Positions 42,977 through 53,766 of a stretch of DNA of 64,000 nt are shown in pieces. Each line of letters begins with the position of its first letter. Position 1 is the stretch's first letter. The notes under the pieces are model-generated. The model did not search any database, had not been told where the DNA came from, and worked only from the letters and a program-made list of their open reading frames with translations. Position numbers and translations under genes: made by a program. The stretch is from Clostridia bacterium. Lineage in GTDB: Bacteria; Bacillota; Clostridia; Christensenellales; CAG-138. The DNA is taken from the NCBI GenBank assembly GCA_017438865.1, contig JAFRUN010000058.1, forward strand, positions 12,833 to 76,832. The letters run 5' to 3'.

Positions 42977-44539
42977 ATGGAAAGCAAACTCGGCTTGAAT
43001 TTCGATCTGGTCAATGAAGCGCGCGCAAGCGCGGCGCATGTCGCCGCCGACGTGCAGCGCTTTATCGACGTGCACACCACCGTCACGGTGGAGCGTACCG
43101 TCTGCCGGTTGCTCGGCATCGACGGCGTCAACGACATGGACGTTCCCATGCCGAACGTCGTCGTGGATTACCTGACCGAAAACGCGCTGCTTCCGCAGGG
43201 CGCCGCCTGGCATCTCGGCAACGCGATGCTGGAAACGGGACTCGATCCGCAGGGCGTCGCGGAAGCGATCGACAGAGGCGAGCTCGACCTTGCGAAGCTC
43301 CCGGCGCACAGGGAGAAGGAGATCCGGAAAGCGCTGCAGCCGCACATCGACGCGGCGATGACGCGCATCAACCAAAACGTCGCGAAGCGCAACGAATACC
43401 TCGACCGCTTCGGCGACAAGCAGGGCCCGTACCTCTACATCATCGTCGCGACCGGCAACATCTACGAGGACATCGTGCAGGCGAAGGCGGGCGCGAAGCA
43501 GGGCGCGGACATCATTGCGGTCATCCGCACGACCGGTCAGTCGCTTCTGGACTACGTTCCCTACGGCGCGACGACCGAGGGCTTCGGCGGCACCTACGCC
43601 ACGCAGGAGAACTTCCGCCTGATGCGCGCGGCGCTCGACGAGGTCGGCGAGGAGCAGCACCGCTATATCCGGCTGTGCAATTACTGTTCCGGTCTGTGCA
43701 TGCCGGAGATCGCGGCGATGGGCGCATTGGAACGGCTCGACGTCATGCTGAACGACGCGCTGTACGGCATTCTGTTCCGCGACATCAATATGCAGCGCAC
43801 GATCGTCGACCAGTACTTTTCCCGCATCATCAACGGCTACGCGGGCGTCATCATCAACACCGGCGAGGACAACTACCTCACCACGGACGACGCGATCACC
43901 TCGGCGCACACGGTGCTTGCTTCGCAGTTTCTGAACGAAGCGTTCGCAAAATGCGCGGGCATGCGCGAGGAGCAGATGGGACTCGGCCACGCGTTTGAAA
44001 TGGATCCCGCCGTGGAAAACACGTTCCTCTACGAGCTTGCACAGGCGGAGATGGCGCGCGAGATCTTCCCGAACGCGCCGTTAAAGTACATGCCGCCGAC
44101 CAAGTACATGACCGGCAACATCTTCCGCGGGCACATTCAGGACGCGCTCTTCAACATGATCACGATCCTGACGAACCAGAAGCTGCATCTTTTGGGCATG
44201 ATGACCGAGGCGATCCACACGCCGTTCATGTCGGACCGCGCGCTGTCGATCGAAAACGCGCAGTACATCTTCCGCACGATGAAGGACCTCGGAAGCGAGC
44301 TGACGTTCAAGGAGGGCGGCATCATCCGCACCCGCGCAAACGAAGTGCTCGTAAAAGCGACCGAGCTTTTGAAGGAGATTGAAACGCTCGGGCTCTTTAC
44401 CACGCTGGAGCGCGGCATCTTCGCGGACGTCAAGCGTCCGAAGGACGGCGGCAAGGGATTGAACGGCGTCGTCGTAAAGGACGATTCCTACTTCAACCCG
44501 TTCATCGAGGTGATGAAAGGCAAGGTGGCAAACGAATGA
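42977..44539 (+). CDS. kamD: Beta-lysine (D-lysine) 5,6-aminomutase alpha subunit
   Basis: 520-aa TIM-barrel subunit. N-terminus MESKLGLNFDLVNEARASAAHVAADVQRFI. Translationally coupled to kamE by a 4-nt overlap. Confidence 0.85.
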   Translation: MESKLGLNFDLVNEARASAAHVAADVQRFIDVHTTVTVERTVCRLLGIDGVNDMDVPMPNVVVDYLTENALLPQGAAWHLGNAMLETGLDPQGVAEAIDRGELDLAKLPAHREKEIRKALQPHIDAAMTRINQNVAKRNEYLDRFGDKQGPYLYIIVATGNIYEDIVQAKAGAKQGADIIAVIRTTGQSLLDYVPYGATTEGFGGTYATQENFRLMRAALDEVGEEQHRYIRLCNYCSGLCMPEIAAMGALERLDVMLNDALYGILFRDINMQRTIVDQYFSRIINGYAGVIINTGEDNYLTTDDAITSAHTVLASQFLNEAFAKCAGMREEQMGLGHAFEMDPAVENTFLYELAQAEMAREIFPNAPLKYMPPTKYMTGNIFRGHIQDALFNMITILTNQKLHLLGMMTEAIHTPFMSDRALSIENAQYIFRTMKDLGSELTFKEGGIIRTRANEVLVKATELLKEIETLGLFTTLERGIFADVKRPKDGGKGLNGVVVKDDSYFNPFIEVMKGKVANE

Positions 44540-45324
44540 GCAGCGGATTATACAACACGCATAAAATCGAGTTCGACACCACGCTCGACCTCACGCGCCT
44601 GAAACCGTACGGCGACACGATGAACGACGGCAAGGTGCAGCTGAGCTTCACCCTCCCCGTCAAGGACGACGAACGCGGCGTGGAAGCGGCGCGGCAGATC
44701 GCGAAGAAGATGGGTCTGGACGAGCCGAACGTGACGTATCACGCGCCGCTCGACAAGGAGTTCACCTTCTATGTGGTCTACGGCAGCTGCGTGCACACCG
44801 TGAACTATGAGGATATCCACGTCATCACCGTCGAATCCGACGTGATGACGATGGAGGAAACGAACGACTATATCCGCGAGCATATCGGCCGCAAAGTCGT
44901 GATGGTGGGCGCAAGTACCGGCACCGACGCGCACACGGTCGGCATCGACGCGATCATGAACCGCAAGGGCTTCGCCGGACACTACGGCGTGGAGCGCTAC
45001 GAGATGATCGAGGCGTACAACCTCGGCTCGCAGGTCCCGAACGAGGACTTTATCAAAAAAGCGCTTGAGGTCCATGCGGACGCGCTGCTCGTTTCGCAGA
45101 CGGTCACACAGAAGGACATCCACATTCAGAACCTCACGAACCTGATCGAGCTTCTGGAAGCCGAAGGGCTTCGCGACCGGTTCGTGGTGGTCTGCGGCGG
45201 TCCGCGCATCACGCACGAGCTTGCGAAGGAGCTGGGCTTCGACGCGGGCTTCGGCGCAGGCACTTACGGCGACGACGTCGCGAGCTTCGTCGTGACGGAA
45301 ATGGTCAAACGCGGCATGAAATAA
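44536..45324 (+). CDS. kamE: Beta-lysine 5,6-aminomutase beta subunit (B12/PLP-binding)
   Basis: The cobalamin-binding D-x-H-x-x-G motif is present in GASTGTDAHTVGIDAIM. 262 aa. Confidence 0.85.
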   Translation: MSSGLYNTHKIEFDTTLDLTRLKPYGDTMNDGKVQLSFTLPVKDDERGVEAARQIAKKMGLDEPNVTYHAPLDKEFTFYVVYGSCVHTVNYEDIHVITVESDVMTMEETNDYIREHIGRKVVMVGASTGTDAHTVGIDAIMNRKGFAGHYGVERYEMIEAYNLGSQVPNEDFIKKALEVHADALLVSQTVTQKDIHIQNLTNLIELLEAEGLRDRFVVVCGGPRITHELAKELGFDAGFGAGTYGDDVASFVVTEMVKRGMK

Positions 45325-45360
45325 GCCGCTTCGATACAGAATCAACAAGGAGGAACAATC

Positions 45361-46053
45361 ATGGCAAAGAAACCGGTCATCACTGCCGCTGAGGCAGCGA
45401 AAATGATTCCCGACGGCGCAACCGTCATGTGCGGCGGTTTTCTCGCATGCGGACAGGCGCGCGCCATCGTCAAAGAGCTTGTGAAGCTCGGCACGAAGGA
45501 CCTTACGCTGATCGCAAACGATATGGGCAGAGCCACAGGTCCCATGGGCGAAGAGTTCTTCGGTATCGCGGAGCTCATCCACAACCATCAGGTCAAGCGC
45601 GTCATCGCAACGCACGTCGGCATGACGCCCGAGGTCGGCGAACAGATGAACGCCGGCACGCTGGAAGTCAACCTGATCCCGCAGGGCTCCATGGCGGAGT
45701 GCATCCGCGCGGGCGGCGCGGGACTGGGCGGCGTTCTGACTCCCGTCGGCGTCGATACGCTGATCGAGGAAAGCCCGCTTTGCCTTGGCAAGCAGGAGAT
45801 CGACGGGAAGCCGTACCTTCTGATGAAGCCGATCCACGCGGACTTCGCGCTCCTCGGCACCTATAAGTGCGACGAAGCCGGCAACTGCTGGTACAAGGGC
45901 ACGATGCGCAACTTCAACACGGTCATGGCGACCGCGGCGGACGTCGTCATTGCCGAAACCGAATACCTCGTTCCCGTCGGCGAGATCGAGCCCGAGAACA
46001 TCCATACCTACGGCATGTGCGTCGACTACATCGTGGAAGGAGAGAGAAAGTAA
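45361..46053 (+). CDS. atoD: 3-oxoacid (acetoacetate):butyrate/acetate CoA-transferase subunit A
   Basis: AAKMIPDGATVMCGGF..., IPQGSMAECIRAGGAGLGG. Confidence 0.85.
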   Translation: MAKKPVITAAEAAKMIPDGATVMCGGFLACGQARAIVKELVKLGTKDLTLIANDMGRATGPMGEEFFGIAELIHNHQVKRVIATHVGMTPEVGEQMNAGTLEVNLIPQGSMAECIRAGGAGLGGVLTPVGVDTLIEESPLCLGKQEIDGKPYLLMKPIHADFALLGTYKCDEAGNCWYKGTMRNFNTVMATAADVVIAETEYLVPVGEIEPENIHTYGMCVDYIVEGERK

Positions 46054-46721
46054 TGGATAAGAACGAAATCAAAGCGTTCATCGCAAAGCGCTGCGCGAAA
46101 GAACTGAAGGACGGCGACGTCGTCAACCTCGGCATCGGCCTTCCCACCATGATCCCCGGCTTCCTTCCCGAGGGCGTTGACCTTGTCATCCATGCCGAGC
46201 TCGGCATCGTCGGCGCAGGCGCGACGCCGAAGCCCGAGGACGCGAACTACGATCCGTACCACGTCGTCGACGCGGGCGGCAACGTCGCATCCGTGGCGTT
46301 CGGCGGCGGCTTCATCGACTCCGCAACGAACTTCGGTCTCATTCGCGGCGGGCACGTGGACGCGTGCTTCCTCGGCGCTTTGGAAGTCGACCAGGAAGGC
46401 AACCTCGCAAACTGGATCATCCCCGGCAAACGCATGCCCGGCATGGGCGGCGCAATGGACCTCTGCGTCGGCGCGCGCAACTGCATCGTCTGCATGGAGC
46501 ACACCGCGAAGGGCAACCCGAAGATCCTCGAAAAGTGCCGTCTCCCCTTGACCGCTTCGCATTGCGTGAAGAAGATCATCACCGAGATGTGCGTCCTCGA
46601 AGTCACCGAGAACGGTCTTTTGATGACCGAGATCAACCCGGAATTCACCGTCGACCAGGTCAGGGCGGCAACTGCCGCTCCGATCACCGTGGCAGAGAAC
46701 CTGAAATCCATGGTGGACTGA
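46053..46721 (+). CDS. atoA: 3-oxoacid CoA-transferase subunit B
   Basis: VNLGIGLPT and the catalytic-Glu block ...GALEVDQEGNLANW..PGKRMPGMGGAMDL. It has a TAATG overlap with subunit A. The upstream part of track ORF 45867 is spurious. Confidence 0.85.
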   Translation: MDKNEIKAFIAKRCAKELKDGDVVNLGIGLPTMIPGFLPEGVDLVIHAELGIVGAGATPKPEDANYDPYHVVDAGGNVASVAFGGGFIDSATNFGLIRGGHVDACFLGALEVDQEGNLANWIIPGKRMPGMGGAMDLCVGARNCIVCMEHTAKGNPKILEKCRLPLTASHCVKKIITEMCVLEVTENGLLMTEINPEFTVDQVRAATAAPITVAENLKSMVD

Positions 46722-46734
46722 AAAACAATATCAT

Positions 46735-46765
46735 AAAAGCCCGACCGAACCGGTCGGGCTTTTAT
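46735..46765 (+). terminator. Rho-independent terminator of the lysine operon
   Basis: GCCCGACC-GAACC-GGTCGGGC followed by TTTT. Confidence 0.8.
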
Positions 46766-46791
46766 CACTGTTTTCGAATCAAATGCTTTAT

Positions 46792-47790
46792 TCAAAATAT
46801 ATCCTTTGAAACCGGAATATAAACCATTTGCAACGGAATGATTCGTTTATACTTTTCACTCAAATCCTTATAGTACTTGATAACCAAGTCGACTAATTCC
46901 GTTCCGTTGATTCCCCGGATGATCGGCGTGTTTCGGAGATATGCTTTTGCATTCTTCGTATAGTCCGAAAGCGTAATAAACAGACCGTAATCTCCTTCGC
47001 GCATTGCTCCTTTCAAGGATTGAATCGTAGTCTCTTTGATATCTCCATCCTGGCTCTTGACCTGTACCAGAATCCGCGGCGGAAGTTCATCCTTATAAGC
47101 CGTGATGTCGATCCCGCTGTCGCCTCCGTGCGGCGACACCGTTGTGCGATACCCCATTGCACGCAAAAGATCGGCAACGAATTCTTCAAGATCATATCCC
47201 TTTAACTGTCGGCTAAGCTCTTTCAGTATAAAGTCTTTCGTGTTTTCAATAATAGCTTCTGCTGTTACTTCTACTTCTTCAACATCAACTATATCGACTT
47301 TCTTGAATCCTTTATCAAGAGCGGCAAAAAACTCATCCGCATAGTTTTTCACCATAAAGAAGGAAAGCGCCGAACCGATTTCATACAGCGCCCCTTGTGA
47401 AAAATAGGTCCGCGGCAATTGCTTAAGCCACTTGACTTTACGAGTTTGCACATATTCCGGATGCGTTGCATTATAGAAGTATTGTCCTTCAATAGTACCG
47501 ATGTTCACCTGTCGATCGCCCTTTGAAGGATAGACGACATAATCACCGATTTGCGCTTCATGGCAAAAACGATACAGCATCCCCGCTCCGTTTGCGATAT
47601 TGCCCTTGCTCGCATCGACATACACTTCGGCATATCGTTTTTTGAATGCTTCACGATCCGAATCAAGAGTGCTTAAGTCGCCCATTTCTTTCCATCCGAT
47701 TGCAATGATACTTTCTCTTCGGAACAGATTGTCATCCTTGCAATGAATGCCCCATACCCGTTTTTCTTCTTTTGTAATCATTTCTCCCAT
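46792..47790 (-). CDS. mrr: Mrr-family (type IV, modification-dependent) restriction endonuclease; solitary
   Basis: The C-terminal Mrr_cat core reads FEEFVADLLRAMGYR...GGDSGIDITAY...ILVQVKS (the D...(Q/E)xK PD-(D/E)xK motif). The N-terminal winged-helix-like Mrr_N region contains WGIHCKDD... . The gene is visibly AT-rich compared with its flanks. Confidence 0.75.
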   Translation of the reverse strand: MGEMITKEEKRVWGIHCKDDNLFRRESIIAIGWKEMGDLSTLDSDREAFKKRYAEVYVDASKGNIANGAGMLYRFCHEAQIGDYVVYPSKGDRQVNIGTIEGQYFYNATHPEYVQTRKVKWLKQLPRTYFSQGALYEIGSALSFFMVKNYADEFFAALDKGFKKVDIVDVEEVEVTAEAIIENTKDFILKELSRQLKGYDLEEFVADLLRAMGYRTTVSPHGGDSGIDITAYKDELPPRILVQVKSQDGDIKETTIQSLKGAMREGDYGLFITLSDYTKNAKAYLRNTPIIRGINGTELVDLVIKYYKDLSEKYKRIIPLQMVYIPVSKDIF

Positions 47791-47821
47791 TGCCTTCACC
47801 CCGGATTAATCAAGAATACGT

Positions 47822-47852
47822 AAAAATCATCCCGAGGGCGAATGCCCTCGGG
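47822..47852 (-). terminator. Terminator of the crt-hbd-bcd-etfBA operon
   Basis: CCCGAGGGC-loop-GCCCTCGGG followed on the minus strand by AUGAUUUUUA. Confidence 0.7.
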
Positions 47853-47866
47853 ACGGGATTCTTATA

Positions 47867-48985
47867 TTATTTCGCCGCTTTGGCAGCGCGGATGGATTCG
47901 ATGAGCTCGGGCACGACCTTGAAGAGGTCGCCCACGATGCCGTAGTCCGCGCACTCGAAGATCGGCGCCGTTTCGTTCTTGTTGACCGCAATGATGCATT
48001 CGGATTCCTGCATACCCGCCTTGTGCTGGATCGCGCCGGAGATGCCGAGCGCAACATACACCTTCGGGTGGACGGTCTTGCCGGTCTGTCCGACCTGATG
48101 ATCCGCGCCGATCCAGCCGGCGTCGACACAGGCACGGGACGCGCCGACCACGCCGCCGAGCTCGTTTGCAAGCTCTTCGGCAAGGGCTAGCCCCTTTTCG
48201 ACGTCCTTAGAAATGCCTCTGCCCACGGATACGATGAAGTCCGCGCCGATCAGATCGACGAGCTTCTTCGCCGCCTTGACGGTTTCGACGACTTCGGTCC
48301 TGATGTCGTCCGGGCTCAGGAGGAAGTTCGGATGCAGAATCTCGGCGGTCCGTCTGTTCTCGCGCTTTTTCATCACGCCGGGACGCACCGTCGCCATCGC
48401 GGGACGGAAGCGCGGGCAGATGATGGACGCCATGAGGTGTCCGCCGAACGCCGGACGCGTCATCTTGAGGTCGCGCGCGACGGAATGATCCGCGCCCGCG
48501 AGCTTGACGCTCTTCGTGCGCTCGATGCGGTCCTCCGGAAGCGTGGACGCCTCTTTCAGGAACTTCTGGTAGTTCTCGAGGTCGATATCCAGATGCGTGC
48601 AGTCCGCGCAGAGACCGGTGTGCAGCCGGGCCGCGCAGCGCGGCGCGAGGTCGCGGCCGATCGTGGATGCGCCGAACAGAAGGATCTCGGGCTTGAACTC
48701 CGCGACCGCATCGGTGATGATCTTGGTATACGCATCGGTCGTGAAGGTTTTGAGAAGCGGACTGTTGTATACATAGACCTTATCCGCGCCGTAAACGCCA
48801 AGCTCGGGCGCGATGCCGTCGACGTCGTCGCCGAGAAGGATGCCGCAAAGCTCTACGCCGAGCTCGTCGGCGAGCTTTCTGCCCTCGCTGATCAGCTCGA
48901 AGGTGGTGGGCATCATTTCGCCGTTGCGCTGTTCACAGAACACCCAGACGTTCTTGAAGGCCTCGATTTCGCTGCTGTTAAACAT
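47867..48985 (-). CDS. etfA: Electron transfer flavoprotein alpha subunit (bifurcating Bcd-Etf type)
   Basis: VVGASRACVDAGW...QVGQTGKTVHPKVYVALGISGAIQH (FAD-binding block). Confidence 0.9.
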   Translation of the reverse strand: MFNSSEIEAFKNVWVFCEQRNGEMMPTTFELISEGRKLADELGVELCGILLGDDVDGIAPELGVYGADKVYVYNSPLLKTFTTDAYTKIITDAVAEFKPEILLFGASTIGRDLAPRCAARLHTGLCADCTHLDIDLENYQKFLKEASTLPEDRIERTKSVKLAGADHSVARDLKMTRPAFGGHLMASIICPRFRPAMATVRPGVMKKRENRRTAEILHPNFLLSPDDIRTEVVETVKAAKKLVDLIGADFIVSVGRGISKDVEKGLALAEELANELGGVVGASRACVDAGWIGADHQVGQTGKTVHPKVYVALGISGAIQHKAGMQESECIIAVNKNETAPIFECADYGIVGDLFKVVPELIESIRAAKAAK

Positions 48986-49003
48986 AATACCGTTCCCCCT
49001 TCC

Positions 49004-49804
49004 TCAGATAATGTGCTTCGCGGCAAGGATGCCCGCGAGCTTGTCGGTGGTTTCCTTTCCGTCGCCCGCAAGCATCATGCCTGCGCCCTTCTGCGGCGGT
49101 GTGAACGACGTGAGGATGTTCGTGGGAGAACCCAGAAGGCCGATCGTGCTCTTGTCGATCAGCGGATGATCCTTCAGCGTTTCGTACGTCATGGTGACGA
49201 CCGGCTTATTGTAGCACTCGAAGATGCCGCCGATGTTCATGTAGCGCGGGTTGTTCAGCTCCTTGATGCAGGTGATCATGCAGGGCGTGTGGACCTTGAC
49301 CGTCATGTAGCCGTCCTCAAGGATGCGCTTGACGGTGAGCACGTCGCCGTCCTTTTGGATCTCGCCAGCGTAGGTGACCTGCGGCAGGTGCAGCTTCTCC
49401 GCGATCTGCGGACCGACCTGCGCGGTGTCGCCGTCGATCGCCTGACGGCCCGCGAGGATGATGTCTTCGGGCTCGACGCCGTAGGTGTCAATCGCCGCCG
49501 CGATGATCTGGCTCGTCGCATAGGTATCGGAACCGCCGAACTCGCGCGCGGTGATGAGAACGCCCTCGTCCACGCCCATTGCCATGAGCTCGCGGAGCAT
49601 GCCCTCGGCGGGCGGCGGTCCCATCGTGAACGCAACGACCTTGCAGCCGAGCTCGTCCTTTAAGGTCAGCGCGGCTTCGACGGCGTTCATGTCGTCGGGG
49701 TTGATGATGGTCTGCATGGACGCGCGGTCCAGCGTGCCGTCCGGATTGACGGCGACCGTACCGGAGGTATCGGGAACCTGCTTTACCGTGACAAAAATCT
49801 TCAT
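49004..49804 (-). CDS. etfB: Electron transfer flavoprotein beta subunit
   Basis: MKIFVTVKQVPDT...NPDDMNAVEAAL.... Confidence 0.9.
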   Translation of the reverse strand: MKIFVTVKQVPDTSGTVAVNPDGTLDRASMQTIINPDDMNAVEAALTLKDELGCKVVAFTMGPPPAEGMLRELMAMGVDEGVLITAREFGGSDTYATSQIIAAAIDTYGVEPEDIILAGRQAIDGDTAQVGPQIAEKLHLPQVTYAGEIQKDGDVLTVKRILEDGYMTVKVHTPCMITCIKELNNPRYMNIGGIFECYNKPVVTMTYETLKDHPLIDKSTIGLLGSPTNILTSFTPPQKGAGMMLAGDGKETTDKLAGILAAKHII

Positions 49805-49821
49805 GTTCTCTGCCCTCCTTC

Positions 49822-50964
<1,143 letters not shown>

Positions 50965-50983
50965 TCTGTTTCTCCTTTACCCC

Positions 50984-51820
50984 TTACTTGTTGTACTTGA
51001 AGAAGCCCTCGCCGGTCTTGATGCCCAGCTTGCCCGCGCGGACCATCTTACGGATCAGCACGTTGGCGCGGTACTTCGAATCATGCGTTTCGTTGTAGAG
51101 CACGTCCATGATGTTCAGAACGACGTCCCAGCCAATGAGATCGCCGAGGTGCAGCGGTCCCATCGGATGATTGCAGCCGAGCTGCATCGCGATGTCGATG
51201 TCTTCCGCGGATGCAACGCCTTCCTGCAGCACGCAGACGCCCTCGTTGCAGTACGGGATCAGGATCTTGTTGACCACGAAGCCCGGCGCCTCGTTGACGA
51301 CGACCGGCGTCTTGCCGATTTCGACGCAGAGGTTCTTCGCCCATTCGACGAGCTCGGTCGGCGTGTTCGCGCCCGCGATGACCTCGACGAGCTTCATCAC
51401 CGGAACCGGATTGAAGAAGTGGAGACCGACCATCGGATGCATGAGTCCCTTGCCCATCTCGGTGATCGACAGCGAGGAGGTGTTGGTCGCAAACACGGCC
51501 TCTTCCTTGCAGAGCGTGTCGAGACGCTGCAGAAGCTCCTTTTTCACCGCCATGTTCTCCGCCACGCACTCGATGACGAGATCGGCGTCCGCCGCCGCGG
51601 CGACTTCGTCCACGACGATGCGGCTCATGAGATCGTCCGCCGCTTCCTGCGACATCTTGCCCTTCAGAACGCGCTTGTTCAAAGACGCCGCGAGCTTGTC
51701 CTTATGCCGCTGCGCGCTCTCCACGCTCGTCGCGTACAGAAGCGCCGTGTGTCCGCTTGCCGAGAAGACCTGCGCGATACCGCTGCCCATGGTTCCTGCG
51801 CCGAAAATTGCAACTTTCAT
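50984..51820 (-). CDS. hbd: 3-hydroxybutyryl-CoA dehydrogenase
   Basis: MKVAIFGAGTMGSGIAQV and HFFNPVPVMKLVEV. The start is at ATG 51820, preceded by AGGAGG. Confidence 0.9.
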   Translation of the reverse strand: MKVAIFGAGTMGSGIAQVFSASGHTALLYATSVESAQRHKDKLAASLNKRVLKGKMSQEAADDLMSRIVVDEVAAAADADLVIECVAENMAVKKELLQRLDTLCKEEAVFATNTSSLSITEMGKGLMHPMVGLHFFNPVPVMKLVEVIAGANTPTELVEWAKNLCVEIGKTPVVVNEAPGFVVNKILIPYCNEGVCVLQEGVASAEDIDIAMQLGCNHPMGPLHLGDLIGWDVVLNIMDVLYNETHDSKYRANVLIRKMVRAGKLGIKTGEGFFKYNK

Positions 51821-51872
51821 GTTCGTTCCTCCTGATTGTTTTTTAGATGATTCGGACGATCCCGTCCGTTGT

Positions 51873-52652
51873 TTACCGGTTCTGATACGGGTCATGTCTG
51901 CGCTTTTCGAGAAACGCCTGCATGCCCTCTTTCTGATCCGCGGTCTCGAAGCAGCTGCCGAACAGCTTTTCTTCCAACGCGACCGCCTCGTCCATCGGCA
52001 TTTCCAGCCCTTCGTTGATCGCTTTCTTGCAGGCGCGCACCGCGATCGGCGCGTTCTTTGCGATCGTCTCCGCGAGCTTTTCCGCCGCAGGCATCAATTC
52101 CTCCGCGGGGTACACCGCGTTGCAGAGCCCGATGCGCAGCGCTTCGTCCGCCTTGATGTTCCGCGCGGAATAGATGAGCTGCTTTGCCATGCCCGGCCCC
52201 ACGAGCCGCGCAAGCCGCTGCGTGCCGCCGAAGCCCGGCGTGATGCCGAGCCCGGTCTCCGGCTGACCGAACGCCGCCGTGTCCGCGCAAAGACGGATAT
52301 CGCATGCCATCGCAAGCTCGCACCCGCCGCCCAGAGCATAGCCGTTGACCGCGGCGATCGCCGGGATCGGGAGCGTTTCGAGCTTACGGAACACGTCGTT
52401 GCCCTTCTTGCCGAACGCCTCGCCCTCCGCCTTCGTCAGCGTCGACATCTCGCCGATGTCCGCGCCCGCGACGAACGCCTTTTCGCCGCTGCCGGTCAGA
52501 ACGAGCACACGGATCTCCGGATCGGCGGCGATCCCGTCAAGCAGCGTATTCAGATCGTTGAGAACTTCGGAATTGAGGGCGTTCAGCGCCTTGGGACGGT
52601 TGACCGTCGCGATCGCGACGTGATCCTTTTTTTCGAGTAAAATGTGCGTCAT
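51873..52652 (-). CDS. crt: Short-chain enoyl-CoA hydratase (crotonase)
   Basis: KALNALN, FVAGADI and AAVNGYALGGGCELAMACD. Confidence 0.9.
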   Translation of the reverse strand: MTHILLEKKDHVAIATVNRPKALNALNSEVLNDLNTLLDGIAADPEIRVLVLTGSGEKAFVAGADIGEMSTLTKAEGEAFGKKGNDVFRKLETLPIPAIAAVNGYALGGGCELAMACDIRLCADTAAFGQPETGLGITPGFGGTQRLARLVGPGMAKQLIYSARNIKADEALRIGLCNAVYPAEELMPAAEKLAETIAKNAPIAVRACKKAINEGLEMPMDEAVALEEKLFGSCFETADQKEGMQAFLEKRRHDPYQNR

Positions 52653-52770
52653 GATGATCCTCCGCAGAAACGATCGGGCAATGCGCCCATAACGTAATTA
52701 TTATAGTACATTTATGAAGTTTTATCAAGTCCGATTCCGGTTTTCGGCACATCGTATATGAAACTTCCGA

Positions 52771-52799
52771 TTGCCTAAAACCGAACGCTGTGCTATAAT
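52771..52799 (+). promoter_or_regulatory. Candidate promoter for the DMT transporter gene
   Basis: TTGCCT-17 nt-TATAAT, 22 nt upstream of ATG 52821. Confidence 0.45.
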
Positions 52800-52820
52800 T
52801 TCGTGCGGAAAAGAAACGCC

Positions 52821-53726
52821 ATGGAAATCAAGGAACGCAGAGCCAACAAAATACTCGGGCACGTCTTCGCGCTGTTCTCCGTCGTCGTATGGGGCAGCTG
52901 CTATGTGCTGACAAAAAACCTGCTCAATGCGGGCTTTACCGCGCTGCAGATCACGCCGGTCCGCATGGCGCTTGCCTACGTCGTGCTGCTTTGCATGCGT
53001 CCGAAGTTTCAGCGGCTCTCTTGGAAGGATGAAGGCATCTTTCTATTGATCGGGCTGTTCGGCGGCAGCGTCTACTTCTTCCTGCAGAACACGGCGCTGA
53101 CCTACACCTACGCCGCGAACGTCAGCATCATCGTGTGCCTCTCCCCCATCTTCACGGCGATCCTCGCGGCGATCTTCAGCCGTGGCAACGAGCGGCTCGG
53201 TAAGTTCCTGCTGTTCGGTTCCGTCCTTGCGATCGCGGGCGTGGTGCTCGTCGTTCTGAACGGCAGTCTCGTCTTCCATCTGAGCCCGATGGGCGATCTT
53301 CTGGCGCTGCTCGCGGGCATTTCGTGGGCGGTGTATTCGGTGCTTATCAAGCGATACACCGAAACGATGGACGGCTTCCTCGTTACGCGGCGCGTGATGT
53401 TCTGGGCGTTTCTGACCTCGATCCCGCTGATGCTTGCCTTCGACGGTATGCCGGACCTTGCGCCGCTGTTCACGGTGCCGAAGGTGCTTTTAAGCTGGCT
53501 GTTTCTGGGCATCCTCGGCAACGCGGTCTGTTTTGCGCTCTGGAACATCGCGTTTCGTGAACTCGGCGTGGTCGTGACGAACAATTACCTGTATGCTTCG
53601 CCGTTCGTGACGCTGATCGTGGGCTGGCTTCTTCTTTCCGAACCGATCTCGTGGATGGGCGTGCTCGGCGCGGTGCTGATCACCGCGGGCGTCATTCTTG
53701 CACAGAGGGACAAACGCAGCGTATAA
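52821..53726 (+). CDS. DMT-superfamily (EamA-like) transporter
   Basis: About 300 aa, 10 TM segments, two EamA repeats. Confidence 0.75.
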   Translation: MEIKERRANKILGHVFALFSVVVWGSCYVLTKNLLNAGFTALQITPVRMALAYVVLLCMRPKFQRLSWKDEGIFLLIGLFGGSVYFFLQNTALTYTYAANVSIIVCLSPIFTAILAAIFSRGNERLGKFLLFGSVLAIAGVVLVVLNGSLVFHLSPMGDLLALLAGISWAVYSVLIKRYTETMDGFLVTRRVMFWAFLTSIPLMLAFDGMPDLAPLFTVPKVLLSWLFLGILGNAVCFALWNIAFRELGVVVTNNYLYASPFVTLIVGWLLLSEPISWMGVLGAVLITAGVILAQRDKRSV

Positions 53727-53727
53727 C

Positions 53728-53765
53728 AAAAAAGCTGTGATCGCTCACAGCTTTTTCTTTTTGTG
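53728..53765. terminator. Bidirectional rho-independent terminator
   Basis: AAGCTGTGA-TCGC-TCACAGCTT, flanked by an A-run and a T-run, between convergent genes. Confidence 0.8.
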
Positions 53766-53766
53766 T

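Noticed and set aside
41558-43990. 810-aa minus-strand ORF, the longest in the track
   Set aside because: It is antisense to kamA/kamD, which carry unambiguous radical-SAM and aminomutase signatures. It is an open antisense frame produced by high GC3.
46792-47790. Mrr-like gene as part of a multi-gene restriction-modification or other defence island
   Set aside because: No methyltransferase, specificity, helicase or other defence gene lies within the low-GC segment. The neighbours on both sides are core metabolic operons, so it is called a solitary type IV enzyme.
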